Assembly (NCBI GenBank): GCA_949299395.1
Contig: CASGAB010000002.1
Coordinates: 113,051-177,050, forward strand
Reading direction: 5' to 3'
Length of the DNA: 64,000 nucleotides
Source of the DNA: an uncultured bacterium
Lineage (GTDB): Bacteria > Bacillota_I > Bacilli_A > RFN20 > CAG-826
The position numbers were made by a program, and so were the translations under genes. Of the stretch, positions 51,750 to 62,020 are shown piece after piece. Under the pieces are notes generated by a model. It did no database searches. It saw only the letters and a list, made by a program, of their open reading frames with translations, and was not told the origin of the DNA. Every line of letters starts with the position of its first letter. Position 1 is the first letter of the stretch.

Positions 51750-53570
51750 ATGTATTTAAAAAGATTAGTCACAAAAGATACTTATTATGTTGGTGCTAGT
51801 GAAAGAAGATTAGCACTTTTTGAAAATATTTATCCTTTAACAAATGGAGTTAGCTATAATTCCTACATTATTAATGATGAAAAAACATGTTTATTAGACA
51901 CTGTTGATTCTTCGGTTTCTGGCATATTCTTCGAGAAAATTGAAGATGTCTTAGAAGGAAAGAAACTAGATTATTTAATCATTAACCACATGGAACCAGA
52001 TCACTCTGCTGAAATTGCAAAGGTTATTGATAAATATAGTGATGTAACAGTTGTTACAACTGATAAAGCTTATAAAATGTTCCAAAACTATACAAACGGA
52101 AGAGTCATTGATAATTTAATTTTAGTTAAAGAAGGTGACACTCTTTCTTTAGGTAAACATACTTTAACATTCGTCATGGCTCCAATGGTTCACTGGCCAG
52201 AAGTCATGGTTACATATGATATTTATACAAAAACATTATTCTCAGCTGATGCTTTTGGTACTTTCGGTGCTTTAAGTGGTAATTTATTTGCTCATGAAAT
52301 GAATTTTGATCATGACTATTTAGATGAAGCTAGAAGATATTACACAAATATTGTTGGAAAATACGGTACTCAAGTTCAAGCAATCTTAAAAAAAGCTGGA
52401 ACAATTGAAATTGAAACAATTTGTCCATTACACGGTCCAATTTGGAGAGAAAATCTCCCTTATTTAATCAACTTCTATGATAAATGGTCTGCATATGAAC
52501 CAGAAGTTAAAGGTGTTTTAATTGTTTATGGATCAATTTATGGCAATAGTGAAAAAGTTGCTAATATGATTGCTGATAGCTTAAGTATGGAAGGTATTAG
52601 AGACATTCATATGTATGATGCTTCTAAAACTGATAAATCATATTTAGTTGCTGAAACATTCAAATATTCCCATTTAGTCGTTGTTTCATCTACATATAAC
52701 ATGGGAATTTTCACTCCAGTTGAAGAATTCTTATTAGATTTAAAATATCACAATATGCAAAATAGAACTGTTGCTTTAGTTGAAAACGGAACTTGGGCAC
52801 CAAATTCACTTAAATTAATGAATGAAATTTTTGCTTCAATGAAAAATATGAAAGTATTAAATGATGTTTCATTCACTATTAACAGTGCTTTAAGAAGTTC
52901 ACAAGTCGAAAATGTTAAAGCTTTAGCTCGTGAAATTGCTAAAGATTTCCCAAAAACAGTTTTAAATTCTAATCCATTATTTAATATTTCATATGGTTTA
53001 TATGTTTTAACTTCAAATGATGGAAGTAAAAATAACGGAATGATTTTAAATACAGTTTGCCAAGTTGCAGAAAATCCAACAAAAATTATGTTTGGAATTA
53101 ACAAAAACAACTATTCTGCAGAAGTTATTAAAGATACTAAAAAAGCAACTGTTTCAATTTTATCAACAAATACTCCATTCTCAATCTTCAAAAACTTTGG
53201 TTTCCAAAGTGGAAGAGATGTTAATAAATTTGAAAACTATCCATTCGTAAAACGCGATAAAAATGGTCTTTTATATTTAACAAAATATACAAATGCATAT
53301 TTATCATTAAACGTTGAAGAAGTAAAAGATTTAGGTTCACATTACTCTTTTGTTGCAACAATTGCTGATAGCAAAGAATTATGTAAAGAAAAATCATTAA
53401 CATATTCATACTATATGGATAATATCAAACCAAAACCAGCAAGAGGTGAAAAGAAAGTTGGTTGGATCTGTAAGATCTGTGGCTATGTTTATGAAGGTGA
53501 AGAAATCCCTGCAGATTTCATTTGCCCACTTTGTAAACACGGTGTAGCTGATTTTGAAAAAATTAAATAA
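51750..53570 (+). CDS. Multidomain flavodiiron protein: MBL-like diiron domain + flavodoxin + flavin-reductase-like domain + C-terminal rubredoxin.
   Basis: HMEPDHS diiron motif, flavodoxin-like middle, and C-terminal CKICGYV...CPLCKHG rubredoxin. GGAG RBS before ATG 51750. Confidence 0.75.
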   Translation: MYLKRLVTKDTYYVGASERRLALFENIYPLTNGVSYNSYIINDEKTCLLDTVDSSVSGIFFEKIEDVLEGKKLDYLIINHMEPDHSAEIAKVIDKYSDVTVVTTDKAYKMFQNYTNGRVIDNLILVKEGDTLSLGKHTLTFVMAPMVHWPEVMVTYDIYTKTLFSADAFGTFGALSGNLFAHEMNFDHDYLDEARRYYTNIVGKYGTQVQAILKKAGTIEIETICPLHGPIWRENLPYLINFYDKWSAYEPEVKGVLIVYGSIYGNSEKVANMIADSLSMEGIRDIHMYDASKTDKSYLVAETFKYSHLVVVSSTYNMGIFTPVEEFLLDLKYHNMQNRTVALVENGTWAPNSLKLMNEIFASMKNMKVLNDVSFTINSALRSSQVENVKALAREIAKDFPKTVLNSNPLFNISYGLYVLTSNDGSKNNGMILNTVCQVAENPTKIMFGINKNNYSAEVIKDTKKATVSILSTNTPFSIFKNFGFQSGRDVNKFENYPFVKRDKNGLLYLTKYTNAYLSLNVEEVKDLGSHYSFVATIADSKELCKEKSLTYSYYMDNIKPKPARGEKKVGWICKICGYVYEGEEIPADFICPLCKHGVADFEKIK

Positions 53571-53591
53571 TAAATATTTGAGGATTTTAGT

Positions 53592-53933
53592 ATGAGTGAA
53601 TATAAATTAGACTTTAACGAATATCAAAAACACGCATATAATCTTATTTCTCCAGAAGGAAAAAAAGATATGGTTACTAATGGTGTTTTAGGTCTTGCTG
53701 GCGAAGCAGGAGAATGCTGCGATATTGTTAAAAAATATAAATATCAAGGACATGAACTTGATAAAGAACATCTTAAAGACGAACTTGGGGATGTTTTATG
53801 GTACATTGCCGAAACAGCAAGTGGCTTAGGAATCACTTTAGAAGAAGTTGCTCAATATAATTTAGATAAATTACATAAAAGATATCATGGAGAAACTTTC
53901 CATGCAGAGGACTCAGTAAATAGAGAAAAATAA
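53592..53933 (+). CDS. Small MazG-like nucleotide pyrophosphohydrolase.
   Basis: GLAGEAGE and ELGDVLWY motifs; 113 aa. Confidence 0.6.
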   Translation: MSEYKLDFNEYQKHAYNLISPEGKKDMVTNGVLGLAGEAGECCDIVKKYKYQGHELDKEHLKDELGDVLWYIAETASGLGITLEEVAQYNLDKLHKRYHGETFHAEDSVNREK

Positions 53934-53934
53934 A

Positions 53935-55386
53935 ATGGATAAAAAGGTATTGGACGTAATAATTATTGGTGGTGGAGTAATAGGTTGTGCGATTGCTCGC
54001 TATCTTTCGCGCTTTGAAGTAAATGCGCTTTTAATTGAAAAGCATGCTGATGTTTGTGAAGAGACATCATGTGCAAACAGTGCAATTGTTCATAGTGGTT
54101 ATGATCCAAAACCTAATACAAAAAAAGCCTATTTTAACTTAAAAGGAAACAAAATGATGGAAGAAGTTTGTAAAGAACTTCACGTTCCTTTTATTAAAAA
54201 CGGCTCATTAACAATCGGTTTTAATGAAGAAGATAAAAAAACATTAGAAGATTTAGTTTTAAGAGCTAAAGAAAATGGTGTTGATGCCAGATTAATTGAA
54301 AAAGATGAGCTCTTAAAAATGGAACCTAATTTAAATGATACATGTCTTTATGCTTTATATGCTAAAGATAGTGGTATTGTTTCTCCATTTGAATTAACTG
54401 TTGCTTTAATGGAAAACGCTATGGATAATGGCGTTAAATTAAAATTACGTGAAAAAGTTACAAATATTGTTAAAAAAGATGATATTTATGAAGTTATCAC
54501 TAATAAAGATACTTATTACTCTAAAACTGTTGTCGATGCTGCTGGTTTATATTCTGATGAAGTTTTAACTTATTTAGAAAAACCAAAATTTAAAATTATT
54601 CCTAGAAAAGGGGAATATATTTTATTAGATCATTTTGATAATACTTGGTGTAAACACACACTTTTTATGTGCCCAACTAAAGTCGGAAAAGGTGTATTAG
54701 TTTCTCCAACTACATCTTTTAACTATATTATTGGTCCTTCAAATGATGAATCTACAAAAGAAGATACATCCACAGATTCATTAACAATGGTAAGTTTAAA
54801 AGATTCTGCAGCAAAATTATTTAAAAATATACCTTATGCAGAAACAATTAGAACTTTTACTGGGGTAAGAGCAAATCCTGATATTGATGATTTTATAATC
54901 GAAGAAAGTAAAATAAATTCAGGATTATTTATCGTTGCTGGAATTATGTCTCCAGGCTTAGCATCTTCTCCAGCTATTGGTGAATATGTTTCTGACTTAA
55001 TTAAAGATAAATTAAATTTACCTGAAAACAAGAATTTTAATAAAAATAGAAGAGCAACACCTTCATTATTTAATCTTGGAATTGAAAAATATAACGAACT
55101 TATTAAAAAAGATAATACCTTTGGAAAAATGGTTTGCCGCTGTGAAAAAATTAGTGAAGGTCAAATCATTGATATTATTCATAGAAATTGTGGCGCAACT
55201 ACAATTAAAGGTGTTAAAAAGAGATTACGTCCTGGCTTTGGAAAATGCCAAGGAAGTTTCTGCCAAGAAGAAGTTGCTAAGATTTTAGCTAGAGAATTAA
55301 ACGTTCCATTATCTTCAATCCTTTATAAAGATGAAGGTAGTGAAGTTTTTAAATATAAGAGCAAGGGTGCAAACTATGAGAAATAG
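53935..55386 (+). CDS. FAD-dependent oxidoreductase, GlpA/LhgO-like, with a C-terminal BFD-like [2Fe-2S] domain.
   Basis: IIIGGGVIGCAIA FAD fold; C-terminal CRCEKISEG...GKCQGSFC. Confidence 0.7.
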   Translation: MDKKVLDVIIIGGGVIGCAIARYLSRFEVNALLIEKHADVCEETSCANSAIVHSGYDPKPNTKKAYFNLKGNKMMEEVCKELHVPFIKNGSLTIGFNEEDKKTLEDLVLRAKENGVDARLIEKDELLKMEPNLNDTCLYALYAKDSGIVSPFELTVALMENAMDNGVKLKLREKVTNIVKKDDIYEVITNKDTYYSKTVVDAAGLYSDEVLTYLEKPKFKIIPRKGEYILLDHFDNTWCKHTLFMCPTKVGKGVLVSPTTSFNYIIGPSNDESTKEDTSTDSLTMVSLKDSAAKLFKNIPYAETIRTFTGVRANPDIDDFIIEESKINSGLFIVAGIMSPGLASSPAIGEYVSDLIKDKLNLPENKNFNKNRRATPSLFNLGIEKYNELIKKDNTFGKMVCRCEKISEGQIIDIIHRNCGATTIKGVKKRLRPGFGKCQGSFCQEEVAKILARELNVPLSSILYKDEGSEVFKYKSKGANYEK

Positions 55387-56644
55387 TGATAATCAATACG
55401 ATATTGTTGTTGTTGGCGGAGGAAGTGCTGGATTAAGTGCTGCAAAAAAGGCATTTGAAGAAGGAATCACTTCGATTTTAATTATCGAAAGAAGTAATGA
55501 ACTTGGTGGAATTTTAAATCAATGTATTCATAATGGCTTTGGTTTACATAAATTCAAAAAAGAATTAACCGGTCCAGAATATGCTTATCAATATATTAAA
55601 TTTGTTAAAGAAAATGATATTGAATATCTTTTAAATACTCTTGTTTTATCGATAAATTCAAACAATAAATCAATCGTTTGTTCTTCAAGTGAAGAAGGAA
55701 TTGTAAATATTAAATATAAATGTTTAATATTTGCTGCTGGATGTAACGAAAGAACAAGTGGTCAAATCATGATTCCTGGAGAAAGACCAAATGGTGTTTA
55801 TACTGCTGGTCTTGCTCAAAAATTACTTAATATTGATGGATATTTAGTTGGTAAAAATGTTTATATTTTAGGAAGTGGTGACATTGGCTTAATTATGGCT
55901 AGAAGAATGAAGCTTGAAGGAGCAAATGTTATTGGTGTTAGTGAATTAATGCCTTATTCAAATGGATTAAATAGAAATATCGTTCAATGTTTAAACGATT
56001 ATGATATTCCTTTAAGACTTCATAATACAGTTGTCAAAATTCATGGAAAAAATCAACTCGAAGGAATTACTATTTGTGATGTTGATGATTCATTAAAACC
56101 TATTCCTGGAAAAGAAGAATATATCAAGTGTGATACACTTTTATTATCAATTGGACTTTATCCATTTAATGGATTATTAAAAAATAATGGAGCAAAAGTA
56201 AATCTTGAAACAAAAGGTGCATATGTTGATCAAAATTTAGAAACTACACTCGATGGAGTTTTTTCTTGCGGAAATGTTTTACATGTCCATGATTTAGTTG
56301 ACTTTGTTTCTGATGAAGGTGAAATTACTGGAAAAAATGCTGCTTTATTAATTAAAAACGGAAGAAAAGAAGTTATAAAAACTATTTCAGTTTCTCATAA
56401 TCAAAATTTAGGTTATGTTTTACCAAACGAAATTAAAGTAAATAAAGATTTAAACGAAGTTAATTTCTCTTTTAGAGTTAAAAAACCAATTAGTAAAGGC
56501 GAAATTATCTTTAAAGATGGTGATAAGATTATTAAAAAACTTATTAAACCTGATTTAATACCATCAGAAATGGTGAAATTGAAATTAGGAGATGTTGATT
56601 TTAATAGTTTTGAAAACATTTGTGTTGAAGTTAATGAGATTTAA
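55376..56644 (+). CDS. NAD(P)/FAD-dependent pyridine nucleotide-disulfide-type oxidoreductase.
   Basis: Two Rossmann motifs (VVVGGGSAGLSAA and ILGSGDIGLIMA). Start at MRNSDNQYDIVVVGGG overlaps the upstream gene by 11 nt. Confidence 0.7.
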   Translation: MRNSDNQYDIVVVGGGSAGLSAAKKAFEEGITSILIIERSNELGGILNQCIHNGFGLHKFKKELTGPEYAYQYIKFVKENDIEYLLNTLVLSINSNNKSIVCSSSEEGIVNIKYKCLIFAAGCNERTSGQIMIPGERPNGVYTAGLAQKLLNIDGYLVGKNVYILGSGDIGLIMARRMKLEGANVIGVSELMPYSNGLNRNIVQCLNDYDIPLRLHNTVVKIHGKNQLEGITICDVDDSLKPIPGKEEYIKCDTLLLSIGLYPFNGLLKNNGAKVNLETKGAYVDQNLETTLDGVFSCGNVLHVHDLVDFVSDEGEITGKNAALLIKNGRKEVIKTISVSHNQNLGYVLPNEIKVNKDLNEVNFSFRVKKPISKGEIIFKDGDKIIKKLIKPDLIPSEMVKLKLGDVDFNSFENICVEVNEI

Positions 56645-56646
56645 TT

Positions 56647-56988
56647 ATGAGTAAAGAGTTTATTTGTATTATTTGTCCAAAAGGTTGCCATATTAAAGTA
56701 GATGGCGAAAATATTACTGGTTATACATGTTTGCGTGGTTTAAATTATGTAAAACAAGAAAGCGTAAATCCAGTTAGAACTTTAACATCGACTGTTTTAG
56801 TTGATGGCGAATTAGATTTAGTTTGCCCTGTTAAAACTTCAGGTGAAATCCCTAAAAAAGAAATTTTTAATGTAATGAATGAAATTAATAAAATAAAAGT
56901 TAAAAAACCAATTAAAATGAATCAAGTTTTAATTGAAAATGTTTTAAATTTAGGTGTTAATATTATTTCTACTAAAGAGATTTTATAA
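56647..56988 (+). CDS. DUF1667-domain protein (CxxCPxGC), the usual partner of the two oxidoreductases above.
   Basis: CIICPKGCH motif; 113 aa. Confidence 0.6.
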   Translation: MSKEFICIICPKGCHIKVDGENITGYTCLRGLNYVKQESVNPVRTLTSTVLVDGELDLVCPVKTSGEIPKKEIFNVMNEINKIKVKKPIKMNQVLIENVLNLGVNIISTKEIL

Positions 56989-56990
56989 AA

Positions 56991-58121
56991 ATGGCGACTA
57001 TTAAGAATTTTTTAAAATTAAAAAAGGATGATTCTTTTAAAAAGACTCCTCTTTGTGAAAGCGATATTGTTGCTTTGACAGCACTTTCTTATGCTGATTT
57101 TAAAAATTCTATTTATTTTGATGAGAAAACAACTCATGGAATGGTACCTTTAAGTATTTTCGGAAAAAATACAATTATTTCAAAACTTAAAAAGAAATAT
57201 TTAGCATTAGGAAGAGGTTATATCCAATTTTTAAGCCTTCTTTTTTCTGCTTCTAGATATGAAGATGTAAAAATTGGTTATTTCTGTGATCGATTTAATG
57301 AAGACAAAGATACACAATTTTTCGCTCTAACTTATTATATTGATGGAAAATATGTAATAGTTTTTCGAGGAACTGATAATACGATAACTGGCTGGAAAGA
57401 AGATCTTAACATGGCTTTAATGGAAAAAATTCCAGCTCAAAAATTAGCTAGAGATTATGCTAGAAAAGTTTTAAAAGAAGTAAAAGGAAAAGTTTATATT
57501 GCGGGTCACTCAAAGGGTGGAAATCTTGCGTATTATACATATTTCAACCTCAATAAAAGAGAAAGAAATAGAATAAAGTTTGTTTATAATTTTGATGGTC
57601 CTGGTTTTAGAGATGATGAATATGATTACAGTGAATATGGAAAAAAATTCCATAAATATGTAACAGAAGACGATATTATTGGGATGATTTTTGATACTTC
57701 AAATAACTGGGAAATTGTTCCTTCAACAAGAATTAATATTTCAGCTCATGATTTATTAACCTGGAAACTTGATAGAAAAACAAAATATACAACACTCCAA
57801 AGACTGAGTAGTTTAACTGTTTATTCTAGCTGTTTTAACACAACTTTTAATACTTGGTATTATCAAACGAACAGAAAAGATGCAAAAACTTTAACAAAAT
57901 TTGTTTTTGATTTAGTTGAAACTAATAAAATTATGACTCTAGGTGGCTTACTTAAAGATATTCTTTTTGCGGGTGAGGCTTATTATAAAACTATTGAAAA
58001 TTATGATGAAGCAAGTAAAAAGAAGATTAGACTGATGCTTAGAGAACTTGGGAAATTATATTTAAGTAACTTATTAAAAGATAAAAAGAAAATAGATAAA
58101 CCAAAAGAAGAGGTAAAATAA
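56991..58121 (+). CDS. DUF2974/Mbeg1-like alpha/beta hydrolase (class-3 lipase-like).
   Basis: GHSKGGNLA nucleophile elbow; 376 aa. Confidence 0.6.
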   Translation: MATIKNFLKLKKDDSFKKTPLCESDIVALTALSYADFKNSIYFDEKTTHGMVPLSIFGKNTIISKLKKKYLALGRGYIQFLSLLFSASRYEDVKIGYFCDRFNEDKDTQFFALTYYIDGKYVIVFRGTDNTITGWKEDLNMALMEKIPAQKLARDYARKVLKEVKGKVYIAGHSKGGNLAYYTYFNLNKRERNRIKFVYNFDGPGFRDDEYDYSEYGKKFHKYVTEDDIIGMIFDTSNNWEIVPSTRINISAHDLLTWKLDRKTKYTTLQRLSSLTVYSSCFNTTFNTWYYQTNRKDAKTLTKFVFDLVETNKIMTLGGLLKDILFAGEAYYKTIENYDEASKKKIRLMLRELGKLYLSNLLKDKKKIDKPKEEVK

Positions 58122-59596
58122 TGCAAAAATATGTTTTAACTATTGATCAAGGTACAACATCGACTAGAGCTTCTTTAATCGACAAAGAAGGCAATGTTTT
58201 TTATAAATCTCAACAAGAGATTAAATGTTTTTTTCCTCATGATGGATGGGTAGAACAAGATGCCATTGATGTTTGGTTATCCGTATTAAATGTCATAAAT
58301 GATTTATTAGCAAAAACTAATTTAACATATGCCAATATTGATTCAATTGGCTTAACAAATCAAAGAGAAACAACAATTATTTGGGATAAAAAAACAGGAA
58401 TGCCTGTTTATAATGCCTTAGTTTGGCAATCAAGACAATCTGCGTATATTTGTGATGCTTTAGCTGATAAAACTCAACTTGTTAGAGAAAAAACGGGCTT
58501 AATTATTAATCCTTATTTTAGCGCTTCTAAAATTCGTTTCATCTTAGATCATATAGAAAATGGACAAAAAAGAGCAGAAAATGGCGAATTAATGTTTGGA
58601 ACAATTGATACATGGGTTATGTATAAACTTTCTAGTGGAAAGATTTTTAAAACTGATGTTACAAATGCTTCTAGAACAATGTTATTTAATATTAATACAC
58701 TTGAATGGGATGATGAACTTTTAAGATTATTTAATATTCCTAAAATTATGTTACCTGAAGTTTGCCCTTCATCTCATTTTTTCGGTTACGCATCTTTATT
58801 AAAAAAGAATTTAAAGATTTGTGGTGTAGCGGGCGATCAACAAGCAGCATTATTTGGGCAAAACTGTGTTAAAGAGGGTGATGTTAAATCTACCTATGGC
58901 ACTGGATGCTTCGTTTTAATGAATGTTGGTGAAAAACCAATTTATGATAAGGGTGGACTTATTACTACAATAGCATGGCAAATTGATGAAAAAGTAATTT
59001 ATGCAATTGAGGGTTCTGTTTTTGTCGCCGGAGCTTCAATTCAATGGTTAAGAGATCAAATGAGAATGATTAAAAAAGCATCAGAAAGCGAAAAATATGC
59101 TTTAAATTGTGATTCTTGTTTGGGCGTTTATGTAGTTCCTGCTTTTGTTGGGTTAGGCGCTCCTTATTGGGATGATGACTGTCGCGGTGCAGTTTTTGGA
59201 TTAACTAGAGGGACAACAAAAGAACATTTTATTAGAGCTACTTTAAATTCAATTGCTCTTCAAACAAAAGATGTAATTAAAGAAATGGAAAGAATTTCTT
59301 CTAAAAAAATCGATAGTTTAAGAGTCGATGGTGGAGCTAGTGAAAATAATTATTTAATGCAATATCAATCAGATATTTTATCTTCTAAAGTAATTTTACC
59401 TAAGAATTTAGAAACAACATCTTTAGGCGCTGCCTATTTAGCAGGTTTAGCTAGTGGATATTGGAAAAATATCGACGAAATAAGTAAAGTACATAAGATT
59501 CAAAAAACTTTTGAACCAAAAATGGCTCAAGAGGAAGTATTAGAAATTGATAAAAAGTGGAAAAAAGCAATCGAAGCAACTAGAATTTTCAAATAA
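58121..59596 (+). CDS. glpK: Glycerol kinase.
   Basis: FGGY motifs ([22 protein letters not shown]); 491 aa. Confidence 0.9.
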   Translation: MQKYVLTIDQGTTSTRASLIDKEGNVFYKSQQEIKCFFPHDGWVEQDAIDVWLSVLNVINDLLAKTNLTYANIDSIGLTNQRETTIIWDKKTGMPVYNALVWQSRQSAYICDALADKTQLVREKTGLIINPYFSASKIRFILDHIENGQKRAENGELMFGTIDTWVMYKLSSGKIFKTDVTNASRTMLFNINTLEWDDELLRLFNIPKIMLPEVCPSSHFFGYASLLKKNLKICGVAGDQQAALFGQNCVKEGDVKSTYGTGCFVLMNVGEKPIYDKGGLITTIAWQIDEKVIYAIEGSVFVAGASIQWLRDQMRMIKKASESEKYALNCDSCLGVYVVPAFVGLGAPYWDDDCRGAVFGLTRGTTKEHFIRATLNSIALQTKDVIKEMERISSKKIDSLRVDGGASENNYLMQYQSDILSSKVILPKNLETTSLGAAYLAGLASGYWKNIDEISKVHKIQKTFEPKMAQEEVLEIDKKWKKAIEATRIFK

Positions 59597-59607
59597 TTAA
59601 ATTTGTT

Positions 59608-60585
59608 ATGCTGTATTATTTCTTGTTTAATAACTTTGAAGAACAAGTTTTGTTTGCGATAAAAAATATAGAAAAAATTAATGATTATAATATTATTTAT
59701 CCGAAATATTATAATTTTTTTGTCAAACATTTATTTAAGAAAAATTCGATAAATATCAATAATAATGGAAATAAAAATTTATTTTTAGGATGCGACGATC
59801 TTTTAAAAAATAAAGAAATAAAGGAAGAAGAGCTTTATGAAGAAAATGTTATAATTTTTGCTTCTAGTGAATTAAAGAATAAGAGTTTTATAAATATTAA
59901 GCTTTATTTAAAAGAGGAAACTTTAAAAAAGAAGTTATTTTCCTTGAAAATTCCACCATTATTTGACTATAAAAACCTAATAGCAGCTTCATTTTGTCCT
60001 TTTAGTGTATATTTAATTAATTTATATAATTTGAATTTAAATGATAACTCAATAGACAATACTTTTTTAGAGTCAACATATCTTCCTAAATTTCAAAATG
60101 ATTATGATGAAAATTTTGAAAAACATATAAAAATATTTGATAAAGAAATCACAATGCCATGCCGATATCATTGCAAGGATTCTGAAGGGGAAGTTTATAT
60201 TTTTAATAAAAATGTTTTCGATATGAACTCGATTTACGTTAGTTTGTGCTTGTTAAAAAGCGAAAATGTCGATATTAATGGTGTTTATTATATCAATAAC
60301 GAAGAAAAACATAATTGTTTAAAAGGCTTAACAAATCTTGATATCGGATTTAAAGATATTGATCCTTTTTCTATAGAAAATGAATCTTATATAATTGAAA
60401 AACTCTTTAAAAATGATAAATCCGATAAAATAAAAACTACTTCATTAGGCTTTAAAAATAGTTATTTAGATTGGTCAAAAATAATTAATAATTTATTACT
60501 AATTCTTAAAAATAATAAATTTAGTAAACAAAAGATTCCAAACTGCAAAATATGTAAATTTAGCGATTTATGTGAACTTTATTAG
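59608..60585 (+). CDS. Cas4/AddB-like PD-(D/E)XK-superfamily nuclease with a 4Fe-4S iron-staple, and an N-terminal ~125-aa extension of unknown function.
   Basis: N-terminal cysteine in the FCPFSVYL context (compare Cas4 YCPRRFYL). The extreme C-terminus CKICKFSDLC is CX2CX5C, nearly identical in pattern to Cas4 CKYCIFSVIC. The KIKTTS stretch sits where the EIKTS motif III lies. No SD sequence. Confidence 0.5.
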   Translation: MLYYFLFNNFEEQVLFAIKNIEKINDYNIIYPKYYNFFVKHLFKKNSININNNGNKNLFLGCDDLLKNKEIKEEELYEENVIIFASSELKNKSFINIKLYLKEETLKKKLFSLKIPPLFDYKNLIAASFCPFSVYLINLYNLNLNDNSIDNTFLESTYLPKFQNDYDENFEKHIKIFDKEITMPCRYHCKDSEGEVYIFNKNVFDMNSIYVSLCLLKSENVDINGVYYINNEEKHNCLKGLTNLDIGFKDIDPFSIENESYIIEKLFKNDKSDKIKTTSLGFKNSYLDWSKIINNLLLILKNNKFSKQKIPNCKICKFSDLCELY

Positions 60586-60587
60586 TT

Positions 60588-61997
60588 ATGAGATTGTTAA
60601 AATATATCAATGATACGCCCCGTCATTTAATAGAGGTTGATGATTGGAATTCATTTTTTGGCGAATTATCGACTCCAATAATTATTAAAAAAGAAGGAGA
60701 TTTAATTTCTTTAATTGAAAAAATTAAGGTCAGTGAAGCTCGATATTTTTTTGATGAAAGAACAATTTCTTTTAAGGTTGCTTCAAACGTTTCTTTTAAG
60801 AAGCTTAAAGATATAGATGATTTTAATAACTTATTTATCCAAGATAACGAGGAAGCCATTAATATTGAGGAAGACTTTTTAATATCGCTATTAAAGTCTA
60901 CGATTTTTAATGGTGAAGTTTTTGATGAAATTAAGAAAGTTAAAACATTAAAAATTAAGTTAAGAGCAAAAGATTTTAGCTATATTAAAAAATACTTAGA
61001 GGAAAACAAAAACAAAATTATCAAACTAGATCTTTATAAACTGATGTTAGATATTTCAAAAAGTGGCAAAAATGTCGCTTTATCAGAATTAAATTATATT
61101 CCTTATGAATATAACTCAAATAACGTTCAGGTTCTTAATATTTTTAAAGATTTAAATTTAAAAAACAGTTTAATGAATAATTTTTTGAATGATTTTAAGA
61201 ACTTCTCATTCGGCTCTTTTGTTGAATTTTTTAAAAATAATAAAGAAAAAATAGAAATAAAAAGATTTAAAACTAATAGTGAATTATTTAATAAGATTTT
61301 GATGACTAAATCTAAACAGATAATTTTTGAAGATAAAGATGATTTAGATGATTTTAAAAATTATTTGTTATCCTTAAATGTAAATGTCTTTAATATTGAA
61401 AAGATAGAAAAAAGAGTTGTTAGTTTTTTAATTTATATTTATGAATATCTTTTAGAGATCCCAAATAACGTGAGTAAAGTTTTATTAAAAAAGATAGATA
61501 TTTATAACTTAATAAACGAAAAAATTAATTATTTTAAAAATAATTTAGATATTTTTACCTTTTTAATAGAAGAAGTTGGTCTTTATGAATTATATGATGA
61601 TTTAGATTCACATTATTTGATTAATGAACTTATAAACATTTCAATTAATCATGACATCAAAACTTTTTACAATATCTTAAGAATAATTAAAGATTTAGAT
61701 CTTTCGTTTTTAAGTAATATAGATGAAAATATCAAACTTTTTAGTATTCAGGAGCTCACTTATATTAATAAAAAAGGAAGTGAAAATGTGTTAGTTTTAT
61801 CTCAAAAACGTAAAAAATATACTGAAAATGTTTTATATAAAGGAATAATAATGAAAAATTCATTATTTCTTAAAGAGATATTAAGGTTATCTAAGCATTT
61901 AATTATTTTTAAAAAAGGGCAATATGACGAAAAAATATTTAAGAAAGAGCGAATTGATTCGCTTGCCTTTCTTATTAAATTATTGTCCTATTTGTAG
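60588..61997 (+). CDS. Hypothetical 469-aa protein, K/N/I/L-rich, no recognisable domain.
   Basis: Uninterrupted ORF, 3-nt spacing from the upstream gene, no SD. Confidence 0.5.
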   Translation: MRLLKYINDTPRHLIEVDDWNSFFGELSTPIIIKKEGDLISLIEKIKVSEARYFFDERTISFKVASNVSFKKLKDIDDFNNLFIQDNEEAINIEEDFLISLLKSTIFNGEVFDEIKKVKTLKIKLRAKDFSYIKKYLEENKNKIIKLDLYKLMLDISKSGKNVALSELNYIPYEYNSNNVQVLNIFKDLNLKNSLMNNFLNDFKNFSFGSFVEFFKNNKEKIEIKRFKTNSELFNKILMTKSKQIIFEDKDDLDDFKNYLLSLNVNVFNIEKIEKRVVSFLIYIYEYLLEIPNNVSKVLLKKIDIYNLINEKINYFKNNLDIFTFLIEEVGLYELYDDLDSHYLINELINISINHDIKTFYNILRIIKDLDLSFLSNIDENIKLFSIQELTYINKKGSENVLVLSQKRKKYTENVLYKGIIMKNSLFLKEILRLSKHLIIFKKGQYDEKIFKKERIDSLAFLIKLLSYL

Positions 61998-62020
61998 TAT
62001 TATTTCTTTAGGCGTTAAAA

